DNA from: an uncultured delta proteobacterium | Lineage (GTDB): Bacteria > Desulfobacterota > Binatia > Binatales > Binataceae | DNA length: 64,000 bases | Assembly (NCBI GenBank): GCA_963761255.1 | Contig: CAVXGH010000001.1 | Coordinates: 345,675-409,674 of the forward strand | Direction of reading: 5' to 3' | In this document: positions 1 through 9,399 of the stretch, piece after piece | Layout of the letters: each line of letters starts with the position of its first letter | How positions within the stretch are numbered: position 1 is the first letter of the stretch | Notes under the pieces: model-generated | The model's database searches: none | Seen by the model: the letters and a program-made list of their open reading frames with translations, nothing else | What the model was told of the DNA's origin: nothing | Position numbers and translations under genes: made by a program

Positions 1-1
1 G

Positions 2-1780
2 GTCTTTCTTTGGCGAGTTCAGGACCAGGCCGCGCTCACCCGATGGATTGAACATAGCGACCAGGTGATGCTGCGGGGGAAGGACGCGGAGCTCCAAATC
101 CGCGACATCCAGATCGCATATCGCAGCTATATGATGCTGCCCGATCAGCAATTTCTGACGGATCTTGCTGAGGCGCGGAAAAAGCTAAACGAAGATTTGG
201 GGGGCCTTGCGTCGGCGGTTTCCGACAACCAGGAGCAGGAGGACATCCTGCTCAAGGTTAGCGAAACCCGCGACGCCTGGGTCGAAGCTATCGAACGGCT
301 GATCGCCCAAAAGGATTCCGGGCAAGCTAAACCGGATTCCTTCGCGCGAATCCAGCCTCGCGCGCAAGCAGTGGTTTCCGCCCTCGATGAGTTCATCGCC
401 GCAGAGCAGAGATTGCGGGTCAACCGTGCGGCGCATCAGAGATCGCAATATCTCGTCCTGTTTATTCTGGTCCCCGCATTGTCGATCCTCGTGATGGTTA
501 TCCTGAGCTATTGGGGATGGCGACAGATCAAACTGGCGACCGAGCAGTTTCACGCCGCGCTGGACGACGCCGAGCGCGCCCAGGCCGACGCCGAGAAGGC
601 CAGCGAACGAGCCGAGAAAGCCAATCGCGCCAAGGACAACTTCCTCGGTACCGTTTCGCATGAACTGCGCAATCCCCTGAACTCGATCCTGCTGTGGTCC
701 ACCGCGCTGCTGCGCGATGCAACTTTGGCTGACAACACCCGGCGCGGCATCGCCACCATCGAGCGGGCGGTCCGGGTGCAGAGTCAATTGATCGAAGATC
801 TCCTCGATATTTCGCGCATCGAAAGCGGCCGGCTACGCCTCGATGTCCAGACCGTCGATCTCGCCGAAGTAGTGAAGGCGGGCGCGGAAAGTATGCGCGC
901 GGCGGCGGAGGCCAAATCCATCACGTTGCAGGAGATCCTCGATCCCCGCGTCGACTCGATCGCGGGCGACCCCGGACGCCTGCAGCAAATCGTCTGGAAC
1001 CTGGTTTCCAACGCGGTCAAATTCACCCCGAAGGGCGGCACGATCCAGGTTCGCCTCGAACGCATCAATTCGCATGTCGAGATCGTCGTCGCCGATAATG
1101 GCCAAGGCATCGAACCGGAATCGCTTGGCTCGGTGTTCGAGCGCTTCTGGCAGGGCGCCGATTCAACTGAAAGCAGACACGGAGTCGGCCTCGGCCTCTC
1201 GATTGTCAAGGAGTTGGTAGGCCTCCACGGCGGTACGGTGGTTGCCCATAGCGAGGGGGCCGGCAAGGGCAGCACTTTTACCGTGAGGCTTCCGCTACCG
1301 GCCAGCACGCCCTCGTGGGAGTCGCGCCGTCATCCGACCACGGCTCAAAACGCCAATGGGGCCAGCGCTCCACGCCTCGACGGGGTTGCGATCCTCGTGG
1401 TCGATGACGATCCGGACACCTGTGATGCGCTGAAGAGCTTGCTCGGGGCGCTGGGCGCGAATGTGACGACGGCGACCTCGGTGCGCGCGGCATTGGCGAT
1501 CTACGAGAACGCTCATCCCGACGTGATTGTCTCGGACATCGGAATGCCGGTCGAGGATGGCTATGCGCTGGCGCGCGAGCTTCGTACCCGCGAACGTGGT
1601 GCCGGAACCGAAAGCAGAACGCCGCTAGTCGCGTTGACGGCGTATGGCCGGGTCGAGGATAAGGTGCAGATTCTGACCGCCGGTTTCGATAGCCACGCGA
1701 TCAAGCCGGTGGATCCGGTGGAACTTTCGACGGTTTTGTGGACCTGCATCACCTCGCGCAAAGGCGCGGCGACCGTTTAA
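2..1780 (+). CDS. Hybrid sensor histidine kinase (periplasmic sensor region, TM helix, HisKA, HATPase_c and C-terminal receiver domain). It is 5'-partial: the reading frame is open to the window edge
   Basis: The ORF 65..1780 frame has no stop back to position 2. H-box SHELRNPLNSI, G-box VADNGQGI, G2 GVGLGLSIV; receiver ILVVDDDPDTCDALKSLL...SDIGMP; hydrophobic TM segment YLVLFILVPALSILVMVIL. Confidence 0.85.
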   Translation, partial: VFLWRVQDQAALTRWIEHSDQVMLRGKDAELQIRDIQIAYRSYMMLPDQQFLTDLAEARKKLNEDLGGLASAVSDNQEQEDILLKVSETRDAWVEAIERLIAQKDSGQAKPDSFARIQPRAQAVVSALDEFIAAEQRLRVNRAAHQRSQYLVLFILVPALSILVMVILSYWGWRQIKLATEQFHAALDDAERAQADAEKASERAEKANRAKDNFLGTVSHELRNPLNSILLWSTALLRDATLADNTRRGIATIERAVRVQSQLIEDLLDISRIESGRLRLDVQTVDLAEVVKAGAESMRAAAEAKSITLQEILDPRVDSIAGDPGRLQQIVWNLVSNAVKFTPKGGTIQVRLERINSHVEIVVADNGQGIEPESLGSVFERFWQGADSTESRHGVGLGLSIVKELVGLHGGTVVAHSEGAGKGSTFTVRLPLPASTPSWESRRHPTTAQNANGASAPRLDGVAILVVDDDPDTCDALKSLLGALGANVTTATSVRAALAIYENAHPDVIVSDIGMPVEDGYALARELRTRERGAGTESRTPLVALTAYGRVEDKVQILTAGFDSHAIKPVDPVELSTVLWTCITSRKGAATV

Positions 1781-2032
1781 GGCTTCGGTTGGGTCTGTTT
1801 TTGCACTCCGCAATTCGTTATCGACGATGCTTCTTGTAGTGCGGTGCTGGCAAATCCTCCAGACGAGCGCCAAGCTAAGCAGTTGAGGCGACTTGCGTAG
1901 CGTAAATCGATTTGTAACTATGAGCGAGTTTTACGGAACAGCGGCCTTGCTGTATTTGGCCGGCATCCACGGACGATCACTACACGACAAGAACTGGGTT
2001 TTGCATCCGGTAATACCAGGAGGTGAGTTAGG

Positions 2033-2314
2033 ATGAAGACGTTAGCAAGTCTGCTTGGGGCACTTACACTCGCGGCGCTGATCGCGGGCTGCGGTCCCGA
2101 CATGAAGACCATCAACGCCGCGGGCGACAAGGCCGAAGCGGACGCGACCAAGGCGGAAGCCTCGGCAACCTCGGCAGAGCAGTCGGCCAATCAGTCTGAT
2201 GCGGCTGCGAAGCAGGCCGAAGAAGCCGCTTCCGGTGCTGAAGACGCAGTGCGGCGCGCCAATGACGCAGTATCGCGTCTCGAGGCGGCCTTCTCGACTT
2301 CGGTCACGAAGTAA
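2033..2314 (+). CDS. Small Ala-rich alpha-helical lipoprotein, Lpp/OprI-like, with a C-terminal Lys
   Basis: Signal peptide plus lipobox LIAGC; the mature part is Ala/Glu/Lys-rich and likely coiled-coil; it ends ...TSVTK (terminal Lys as in Braun lipoprotein); RBS aggagg about 8 nt upstream. Confidence 0.6.
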   Translation: MKTLASLLGALTLAALIAGCGPDMKTINAAGDKAEADATKAEASATSAEQSANQSDAAAKQAEEAASGAEDAVRRANDAVSRLEAAFSTSVTK

Positions 2315-2338
2315 ACTTTTCGTAGCGAGTTTGAAGTG

Positions 2339-2370
2339 GGCGGGAGGAGCAATCCTCCCGCTTTAATTTG
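2339..2370 (+). terminator. Rho-independent terminator (GCGGGAGGA-gcaa-TCCTCCCGC followed by TTTAATTT)
   Basis: Perfect 9-bp GC-rich stem, 4-nt loop and T-rich tail immediately after the lipoprotein stop; it lies between convergent genes. Confidence 0.7.
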
Positions 2371-2380
2371 GGCTGCGGAC

Positions 2381-2767
2381 TTACTTGGGTTTGTCGGAAC
2401 CCGAGGCGGCCGTCTTGCTGCCAGTGGCCGAGGCCTTGAGCGCATCGAGCACGCGTTCGTGAACGATTGGATTGCGCTCGATTTTGTCTTCCAGCGTGCG
2501 GAACTCATCCAGGGTCAAGCCCTGCTTGGAGGCGGCCTGCTCCACGGTGAGACCGTGATTCTTCTGCATCGACGAATACACCGCGATGTATTTGTCAACC
2601 TGATCGCTGGGAACCGCGTCTTCATCGGGAATGCTGTCGTCATCCTGCGCCAGGCGCGTTAGGGCTGGCCGATGGGACGGGTTTGACTGCGCGGGCGCTG
2701 CAAACGAGATCGCGGGCAACATAAACGCACCGGCAACCGCGGAACATATCGCCAGTCGCGACCACAT
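2381..2767 (-). CDS. Secreted DUF4168-like hypothetical protein
   Basis: Internal Met start gives signal peptide MWSRLAICSAVAGAFMLPAISFAAPAQS; the C-terminal region (DKYIAVY...MQKNHGLTVEQ...GLTLDEFRTLEDKIERNP) resembles the DUF4168 family. Confidence 0.45.
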   Translation of the reverse strand: MWSRLAICSAVAGAFMLPAISFAAPAQSNPSHRPALTRLAQDDDSIPDEDAVPSDQVDKYIAVYSSMQKNHGLTVEQAASKQGLTLDEFRTLEDKIERNPIVHERVLDALKASATGSKTAASGSDKPK

Positions 2768-2935
2768 CAGCTCAGATTTTTTGCTTCTATCCACCCGAAA
2801 TCCAGACCTCCGGCGCACACGATGATGCAGGAACCTCATAGTGGCATTTGGCCGCCGCCGCTGAAAGGCCCGTCACGGCAATCGTCCGCGGCCCTTGCAA
2901 ACTGATGCTGCATGCTTAAGTTGTCCGCTATCTTG

Positions 2936-2960
2936 TGGCACTCTAATGCCGCGAGTGCCA
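2936..2960 (+). promoter_or_regulatory. CIRCE-like HrcA operator (TGGCACTC-N9-GAGTGCCA) about 100 nt upstream of groEL
   Basis: Perfect 8-bp inverted repeat with a 9-nt spacer matching the CIRCE consensus TTAGCACTC-N9-GAGTGCTAA in its core. Confidence 0.6.
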
Positions 2961-3057
2961 ATAATTCCTGGAATCTCACAGAAGTAAACGAACCCAAGTC
3001 AAAATTGCCGAGGCGGGCTCCGGTCGGCCGAGGTGAATCTAACGGAGACGAAAATCA

Positions 3058-4788
3058 ATGTCAGCCAAAGTGGTTGAACTTCACGAGAAAGCCCGCGTCG
3101 GCATCGTTCGCGGCGCCAACCTGGTCGCCAAAGCCGCGCAAGTCACCCTCGGCCCCAAAGGCCGCAATGTCCTGATCCAGCGCTCCTTTGGCGCACCGCT
3201 GGTGACCAAGGACGGCGTCACGGTAGTCAAGGAAATCGAGCTCGAAGACCGTTTCGAGAACATGGGCGCTATGATCATCCGCGAGGTCGCGCAGAAGACC
3301 GGCGATGTCGCCGGCGACGGCACCACCACCGCCACCGTCCTCGCGAAAGAAATGGTGACCGAGGGCATCAAGCTGTTGGCGGCGGGCCTCGCGCCGATGG
3401 AAATCAAGCGCGGAATGGACCTCGCACTGGCGGCGGCGCGCAACGCCATCAAGGAAATGTCCAAACCCATCAAGGATCGCGAACGGATGGAGCAAGTTGC
3501 GACCATCGCGGCCAATGGCGATTCCACCATCGGCAAGCTCATCGCCGATGCGATGCAGAAGGTTGGCAAGGAAGGCGTCATTACGGTGGAAGAAGGGCGC
3601 ACCCTCGAGACCACGCTCGATCTCGTTGAGGGGATGGTTTTCGATCGCGGCTATCTATCACCGTATTTTGTCACCAATCCGGATCGCCTCACCGTCGAGC
3701 TCGATGAGCCGGTGATCCTGCTGCACGAAAAGAAAATTTCCAACCTGCGCGACATGATTCCGTTGCTCGAACAAATCGTCCAGACCGGCCGTCAGTTGCT
3801 CATCATCGCGGAAGACGTCGATGGTGAGGCGCTCGCGGCATTGGTCGTCAATAAGCTGCGCGGCGCGCTCAAGGTTGCGGCAGTCAAAGCCCCGGGTTTC
3901 GGTGACCGTCGCAAAGAGATGCTCGAGGATCTCGCCATCCTCACCGGCGGTGAAGTTATCGCCGAGGAGTTGGGCCTCAAGCTGGAGAGCGTGAAGGTGA
4001 CCCAGCTCGGCAAGGCGCGCAAGGTGGTCATCGACAAGGACAACACCACCATCATCGGCGGCTCCGGCAAGAAGTCGGATATCAGTGGGCGCATCGAGCA
4101 GATTCGCCGTCAGATCGCGGACACCACCTCCGATTACGATAAGGAAAAACTTCAGGAGCGCCTCGCGAAGCTGACCGGCGGTGTTGCCGTCCTCAAGGTG
4201 GGCGCCGCAACCGAAGTTGAGATGAAAGAAAAGAAGGCGCGCGTTGACGATTCAGTTCATGCGTTGCGCGCCGCGGTGGAGGAGGGCGTGGTGCCCGGCG
4301 GCGGGGTCGCATTGGTTCGCGCGATGAAAGCCGTGCTCGAGTTGAAACTTCGCGACGAGCGCAAAGCCGGCGCGGAGATTGTCGCACGCGCGATGGGCGA
4401 GCCGCTGCGTCAGATTGCGAAAAACGCCGGCAGCGAACCCGAAGTCATTTTCAACGCGGTGCGCGAAGGGAAAGACGACTACGGTTTCAACGCCCGCACC
4501 GATACCTTCGAGAAGCTGAACGAGACTGGCGTCATCGATCCGGCCAAGGTGGTTCGCTCTGCGCTGGAAAACGCCGTCAGCGCGGCCTCGTTGCTGCTGA
4601 CGACCGAAGCCGCCATCGCCGAGAAGCCTCGCAAGGCTGCGCCGATGGGGATGCCTCCAGGAATGGGTGGAATGGGAGGCATGGGCGGTATGGGAGGCAT
4701 GGGTGGAATGGGCGGTATGGGTGGAATGGGAGGCATGGGAGGAATGGGCGGAATGGGCGGAATGGATGACATGGGTGGTGATTTCTAA
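3058..4788 (+). CDS. groL: Chaperonin GroEL (Cpn60) with an extended (GGM)13 C-terminal tail; no groES upstream
   Basis: Unmistakable GroEL sequence ([36 protein letters not shown]...; [11 protein letters not shown]); the C-terminus has 13 GGM repeats. Confidence 0.97.
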   Translation: MSAKVVELHEKARVGIVRGANLVAKAAQVTLGPKGRNVLIQRSFGAPLVTKDGVTVVKEIELEDRFENMGAMIIREVAQKTGDVAGDGTTTATVLAKEMVTEGIKLLAAGLAPMEIKRGMDLALAAARNAIKEMSKPIKDRERMEQVATIAANGDSTIGKLIADAMQKVGKEGVITVEEGRTLETTLDLVEGMVFDRGYLSPYFVTNPDRLTVELDEPVILLHEKKISNLRDMIPLLEQIVQTGRQLLIIAEDVDGEALAALVVNKLRGALKVAAVKAPGFGDRRKEMLEDLAILTGGEVIAEELGLKLESVKVTQLGKARKVVIDKDNTTIIGGSGKKSDISGRIEQIRRQIADTTSDYDKEKLQERLAKLTGGVAVLKVGAATEVEMKEKKARVDDSVHALRAAVEEGVVPGGGVALVRAMKAVLELKLRDERKAGAEIVARAMGEPLRQIAKNAGSEPEVIFNAVREGKDDYGFNARTDTFEKLNETGVIDPAKVVRSALENAVSAASLLLTTEAAIAEKPRKAAPMGMPPGMGGMGGMGGMGGMGGMGGMGGMGGMGGMGGMGGMDDMGGDF

Positions 4789-5036
4789 CCCGGATCATTG
4801 AAGAAAAGGTCGGCAGAGCAGGTTTAGTTGGTCATCAGTAAACTAGAAATCACTTGGATAACTACTTGGAGCGATAACTTCGAAGATGCAATCCGCTAAT
4901 GCTGAAAGTTTCTTCGAAGTAGAGTTTCGTATCTGAAAAGCTTGCATGCTCGACATGGTTATGAGACAAAAATAGGGTTCGTGCGCGGTTGCTTATGACA
5001 CTGGGCTACCGCGCGAGTTTTATTTAGGAGGACAGA

Positions 5037-5456
5037 ATGGAAGGGTTAATAAAGAAATCTTCAAAACTTGTCGGGCTGGCTGCCGGGGCTGCGTTGGCCC
5101 TTTCCTTTGCGGCAGGATGCTCGTCAGGTCAGCCCGATCCCGCGCAGCGCGCCGTGAATGCGGCGAATCGCGCGGACCAGGCTGCATCACGCGCCGAGGC
5201 TGCCGCTACCAAGTCGCAGCAGTCGGCTGCCCAGGCTCAGGCTGCTGCCAGCCGCGTCGAGCAGGCTGCCAGCGATGCGAAGGCTGCGGCTGATCGCGCA
5301 GAAGCGATTGCGGCCAAGACCATGGCCGGCGCCAAGCACGGCGGTGGCATGCATCATCGCCATCACAAGAAAGCGGCGGCTGAAGGCGGCGAAGGCGGAG
5401 CCGCGGCTCCCGCTCCGGCCGAAGGCGGCGCTGCACCGGCTCCTGCAACTCCGTAA
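5037..5456 (+). CDS. Ala/Gln-rich lipoprotein, paralog of 2033..2314, with a His-rich segment
   Basis: Signal peptide plus lipobox AAGC; Ala-rich helical repeats (AASRAEAAATKSQQSAAQAQAAASRVEQAASDAKAAADRAEA); HGGGMHHRHHKK; RBS aggagg. Confidence 0.55.
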   Translation: MEGLIKKSSKLVGLAAGAALALSFAAGCSSGQPDPAQRAVNAANRADQAASRAEAAATKSQQSAAQAQAAASRVEQAASDAKAAADRAEAIAAKTMAGAKHGGGMHHRHHKKAAAEGGEGGAAAPAPAEGGAAPAPATP

Positions 5457-5480
5457 CGACTGCCAGTTAGTTTGAAACTT

Positions 5481-5518
5481 GGGGGGTGTTCGCGAAAGCG
5501 AGCGCCCCTTTTGTTTCG
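5481..5518 (+). terminator. Terminator-like hairpin (GGGG..TCGC-GAAA-GCGA..CCCC then TTTTGTTT)
   Basis: G/C stem with an internal GNRA-type tetraloop hairpin followed by a T-run, after the lipoprotein stop. Confidence 0.45.
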
Positions 5519-5561
5519 CGGGGGGCAGTCGCAATGTCGTTGCGCGCTGCGCTGATCGCTA

Positions 5562-6584
5562 TCAATCGCGAAAGGTCACGACAACCTTGAGCGACTGGGG
5601 CTTCTGCGCCATCGCATATGCATCCGATATTTGCGCGAGCGGGAAATGATGCGTCACCAACTCGCGCGCGTTGATCACGCCTCGCGCGACGAGGTCCAAC
5701 GCGATCCGCGTATCATCGGGGCCGCAGGAGTAACTCGGCACCAGCTTCGTCTCATTGAAATACAAATCGTGCGGATGAACGATCAGCTCATCGTCGGGAG
5801 GCGTCGCGGTGAACTGCACGACCGTCGCGCCTTTTCCCGCGGCTGCGATGCCGGTTGCTATCGCTTTGCTGCTCCCCGGACCGACGATGACCACATCGGC
5901 CATCGCACCGTTAGTCACCTCGCGGACTTGTTCGACGAGATTGTCGCCCGCGACAATAATCGCGCGATCGGCGCCGAGCTCCAGCGCGCGACTTGCGCGC
6001 TGCGCGAAGAGATCCGCGCCAATGATGGTTCCCGCGCCGAGATGACGCGCCATCTTCACGTGCATCATGCCCATGATGCCGAGCCCGATGATGAGGATTG
6101 ATTCGCCCGGCTTAAGCGCCGCGCGCTTGAGCGATTTCACCACGCATGCGGCGGGCTCGACCAGCACACCGTCGGCATCACTGAGCGCCGCGGGCAGATG
6201 GAGCGTATCGCGCTGATTGGTGGCGCTGACGAGAAAATATTCCGCCATCCCGCCCGGATCGATTTTGGTGGAGCGCCAGGTCGCGCATTGCACATACTCG
6301 CCGCGCCGGCACGCCGCGCACGAAAAACATGGCGCATGATGATGCGCGAAGACGCGATCGCCGGGCTTGAAGTCATGCACCGCAGAACCCGTTTCCTCCA
6401 CGATGCCGACCGGTTCATGGCCGAGCACTGCGCCCGCCTTGCGCCGGATGTACCACGGCATGATGTCGCCGGAGCAGATTCCACAGGCGCGGGCGCGCAC
6501 CAGGATGTCGCCCGGGCCAACCTCTGGGCGGGCGGTTTCTTCGACGCGGATATCACCAAAATCGTATAAGCGAGCGACCTGCAT
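5562..6584 (-). CDS. Zn-dependent alcohol dehydrogenase / threonine-sorbitol dehydrogenase family (MDR)
   Basis: GroES-like ADH_N with GHEPVGIVEETG and the Cys cluster CGICSGD; Rossmann GLGIMG; start taken at the internal MQVARLY. Confidence 0.8.
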   Translation of the reverse strand: MQVARLYDFGDIRVEETARPEVGPGDILVRARACGICSGDIMPWYIRRKAGAVLGHEPVGIVEETGSAVHDFKPGDRVFAHHHAPCFSCAACRRGEYVQCATWRSTKIDPGGMAEYFLVSATNQRDTLHLPAALSDADGVLVEPAACVVKSLKRAALKPGESILIIGLGIMGMMHVKMARHLGAGTIIGADLFAQRASRALELGADRAIIVAGDNLVEQVREVTNGAMADVVIVGPGSSKAIATGIAAAGKGATVVQFTATPPDDELIVHPHDLYFNETKLVPSYSCGPDDTRIALDLVARGVINARELVTHHFPLAQISDAYAMAQKPQSLKVVVTFRD

Positions 6585-6666
6585 AGTCGCATCGACTTTG
6601 TTGACCAGCGGCCCGGATGTCAACCGTGATCTCGGGCGTGCGCGGCGCAAATGCTAGAATTGGAGG

Positions 6667-7098
6667 ATGCCGCGTCCAGTATGTCCTCCTATTGCCGCCG
6701 ACATGATCACCGAAATTGGTGATCGAATCGTACTCATCGAGCGCAAGAATTTTCCGGAAGGATGGGCGATACCCGGCGGTTTCGTCGATTTCGGCGAAAC
6801 CGTCGAGCACGCCGCCATCCGCGAGGCGAAGGAAGAAATCTCCGTCGATGTGGAGATTCGTGCGCTGCTGGGAATTTATTCGCGGCCCGATCGCGATCCG
6901 CGCGGGCAGACGATCACCGCGGTTTACATTGGGCGCGCGAAAGAGACGCCGGTCGCGGCGGATGACGCGAAAAATTGTGCGCTATTCGATCCGCGCATGC
7001 CGCCGACGCCGTTAGCTTTCGACCATGCGGAAGTATTGCGCGACTATGTGCACTTCCTTGAAACCGGCGCACATCCGGCGCCGTGGAAAGGCAAATAG
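6667..7098 (+). CDS. NUDIX hydrolase
   Basis: Nudix box GGFVDFGETVEHAAIREAKEEISV (Gx5Ex7REUxEExGU). Confidence 0.85.
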   Translation: MPRPVCPPIAADMITEIGDRIVLIERKNFPEGWAIPGGFVDFGETVEHAAIREAKEEISVDVEIRALLGIYSRPDRDPRGQTITAVYIGRAKETPVAADDAKNCALFDPRMPPTPLAFDHAEVLRDYVHFLETGAHPAPWKGK

Positions 7099-7484
7099 TC
7101 GCGCCAAAAAAATCAGACGCCGCCCCGAGCGTGACCAGTGCAGTCGCAAGGAGTGATCAATCCATTGCCCATGTGCCGATGCCACGCGTGGCCGAGTTTG
7201 CAACTATGATGCGTGAACGGCCCGTTCTCTTCGCCGCCTTCGGCATGATGGATTGGAGGCTCATCCTTGCCGATTAGTTCTTCATTACAAGACTTCCCAT
7301 TGTCCAATTTCCCTTGGCATCTATCCATCATTCTAACTCCTTTTCAGTGAATTAGACGACGACCGCCGCGCATTCGATCAATTTCAAATTTCGCTCCTAA
7401 TGCCTCGCCCGGTGGACGAGCTTGCCGCGAGGCTTTGCGAGCGGGCTGGAGTGGACCTTATTCAGCGCGCGCTTCGCGAGCGAT

Positions 7485-7525
7485 CAAAGAAAGGGCGCGA
7501 CGTTGATGATGCCGCGCCCTTTGTA
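7485..7525 (-). terminator. Rho-independent terminator downstream of ilvC (minus strand: GGGCGCG-N13-CGCGCCC then TTTCTTTG)
   Basis: 7-bp GC stem followed by a T-rich tract when read on the minus strand, about 55 nt after the ilvC stop. Confidence 0.55.
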
Positions 7526-7575
7526 TTCGAGCTCCTTCGAAGACTAAGGATGACTCCTCGCCTTCGGCTATGGAG

Positions 7576-8592
7576 TCAATTCTTTGCCTTATCCACCAAC
7601 CGGTCGCTGGCCAGCCATGGCATGAACGAGCGCAACTTCTTTCCCACTTCCTCGACCGGGTGATGCTCGCCTTCCTTGCGCATCTCGCGGAAGTGCGGAA
7701 GCCCCGCGCGATACTCATTGATCCATTCGTTGGCGAATTTGCCCGATTGGATATCCGCGAGGATCTGCTTCATGGCCTTGCGCGCATCTTCGCTGACGAC
7801 TTTCTTGCCGCGCGTCATATCGCCGTATTCGGCGGTGTTGCTGATCGAGTAGCGCATGTTGGAAATGCCGCCCTCGTAAATCAGATCCACGATCAGCTTC
7901 ACTTCGTGCACGCACTCGAAATACGCCATCTCGGGCGCGTATCCCGCTTCGACCAGCGTCTCGAAACCGGCGCGAATCAATTCGGTCAACCCGCCGCATA
8001 GCACCGACTGCTCGCCGAAGAGATCGGTTTCGGTTTCTTCCTTGAAGGTGGTTTCGATGATCGCCGCACGCGCTCCGCCGATCGCCGCGCCGTACGCGAG
8101 GCCGATTTTGGTGGTGTCGCCCGAGGGGTCCTGCTGCACCGCGAGAAGGCAGGGAACGCCGCGTCCCTTCGTATATTCGGAGCGCACCAGATGGCCGGGT
8201 CCCTTGGGCGCGATCATGAACACATTGACGTCCTTGGGCGGTTTGATGAATCCGAAATGGATGTTGAAGCCGTGGCCGAAGGCGAGGTACTTGCCGGGCT
8301 TGAGCGCGGGTGCAATTTCCTTTTCGTAAATTTCGCCGCCCTGCTCGTCGGGCACTAGCATCATGATGATCTCGGCTTCGGTGGCCGCCTCGGTCGTGTC
8401 GAGCACCTTGAGGCCGTTTTTCTGCGCCTTGTCGATGCTCGCGCTGCCCTTGCGCAGACCGACGCGCACATCCATGCCGCTGTCGCGCAAGTTGAGCGCA
8501 TGCGCGTGTCCCTGGCTTCCATAGCCGATGATCGCGATCTTCTTGGGACGAAGAAGGCTCAAGTCAGCGTCGCGATCGTAATAGACTTTCAC
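7576..8592 (-). CDS. ilvC: Ketol-acid reductoisomerase
   Basis: [39 protein letters not shown]...; class I KARI length (338 aa). Confidence 0.95.
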   Translation of the reverse strand: MKVYYDRDADLSLLRPKKIAIIGYGSQGHAHALNLRDSGMDVRVGLRKGSASIDKAQKNGLKVLDTTEAATEAEIIMMLVPDEQGGEIYEKEIAPALKPGKYLAFGHGFNIHFGFIKPPKDVNVFMIAPKGPGHLVRSEYTKGRGVPCLLAVQQDPSGDTTKIGLAYGAAIGGARAAIIETTFKEETETDLFGEQSVLCGGLTELIRAGFETLVEAGYAPEMAYFECVHEVKLIVDLIYEGGISNMRYSISNTAEYGDMTRGKKVVSEDARKAMKQILADIQSGKFANEWINEYRAGLPHFREMRKEGEHHPVEEVGKKLRSFMPWLASDRLVDKAKN

Positions 8593-8594
8593 GG

Positions 8595-9125
8595 TTATTC
8601 TCCTGCCTTTTGCGCCGGGCGCCGATTGTGGTTGTCGCTGGGTTGGACCGCGCGCGCCATTGCGATTTTGCCGGAGCGCACGATCTCCTTGATGCCGAGC
8701 GGGCGGACCAGCGCGATGAACGCCTTGATTTTTTCTTCGTCGCCGGTGAGTTCGATGGTGACCGCGTTGCGTCCGATGTCGACCACATGGGCGCGGAAGG
8801 CGGTCACGATCGTATCGAGTTCGGGGCGGGTGCGCTCGTCAACCGCGATCTTGACCATCACCATTTCGCGATCGACGATGTCAACGCCCTGGAAATCCGT
8901 GACCTTGATCACGGACACCAGGCGGTTCAGCTGCTTATTGATTTGTTCGAGGATCGTGTCGTCTCCGGAAGAGACGAGCACGATGCGCGAGACCGTCGGA
9001 TCCAGCGGATCCTCGTTGACGGTGAGCGACTGGATGTTAAATCCGCGGCCCGAAAAAAGACCGGCCACGCGGGCCAGCACGCCGAATTCGTTTTCGACCA
9101 GTACAGATATTGTGTGGCTTGGCAT
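8595..9125 (-). CDS. ilvN: Acetolactate synthase small (regulatory) subunit
   Basis: ACT domain: [31 protein letters not shown]; it sits directly upstream of ilvC. Confidence 0.9.
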   Translation of the reverse strand: MPSHTISVLVENEFGVLARVAGLFSGRGFNIQSLTVNEDPLDPTVSRIVLVSSGDDTILEQINKQLNRLVSVIKVTDFQGVDIVDREMVMVKIAVDERTRPELDTIVTAFRAHVVDIGRNAVTIELTGDEEKIKAFIALVRPLGIKEIVRSGKIAMARAVQPSDNHNRRPAQKAGE

Positions 9126-9162
9126 TCGGTAGTGTTCTAGCTCTCATGGCCGGATCCGCGGC

Positions 9163-9399
9163 TCAGTGTGCCTCGTGCTGATGCTGATGGCGTTCGAGCA
9201 TCGCCATCAATTTATCTTTCGAGGCCAGCTTGAGTTTTTGGATACGCTTTTTTTCGAGTTCCTCTTCGGTGCTTAGGTGGATTTTATCGCGGAAGCCTTC
9301 CAGTTGATGCTTGAGCTCCTGGTGTTCGGCATACAGGGCCCGCATCTCGTCGTCATGAGACATCAGTTGCTGAATGATCTCTTCGTCTCGTCGCTCCAT
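9163..9399 (-). CDS. DUF465 (YdcH-like) small coiled-coil protein
   Basis: 78 aa, charged helical, HQELKHQLEGFRDKIHLSTEEELEKKRIQKLKL pattern typical of DUF465. Confidence 0.5.
   Translation of the reverse strand: MERRDEEIIQQLMSHDDEMRALYAEHQELKHQLEGFRDKIHLSTEEELEKKRIQKLKLASKDKLMAMLERHQHQHEAH

Noticed and set aside
7113-7331. Cys/His-rich 72-aa ORF suggesting a zinc-binding peptide
   Set aside because: It has no start context or RBS, lies in an AT-rich non-coding island and overlaps another spurious ORF.
7400-7663. 87-aa plus-strand ORF between the NUDIX gene and ilvC
   Set aside because: It spans the ilvC terminator hairpin and overlaps the ilvC 3' end.
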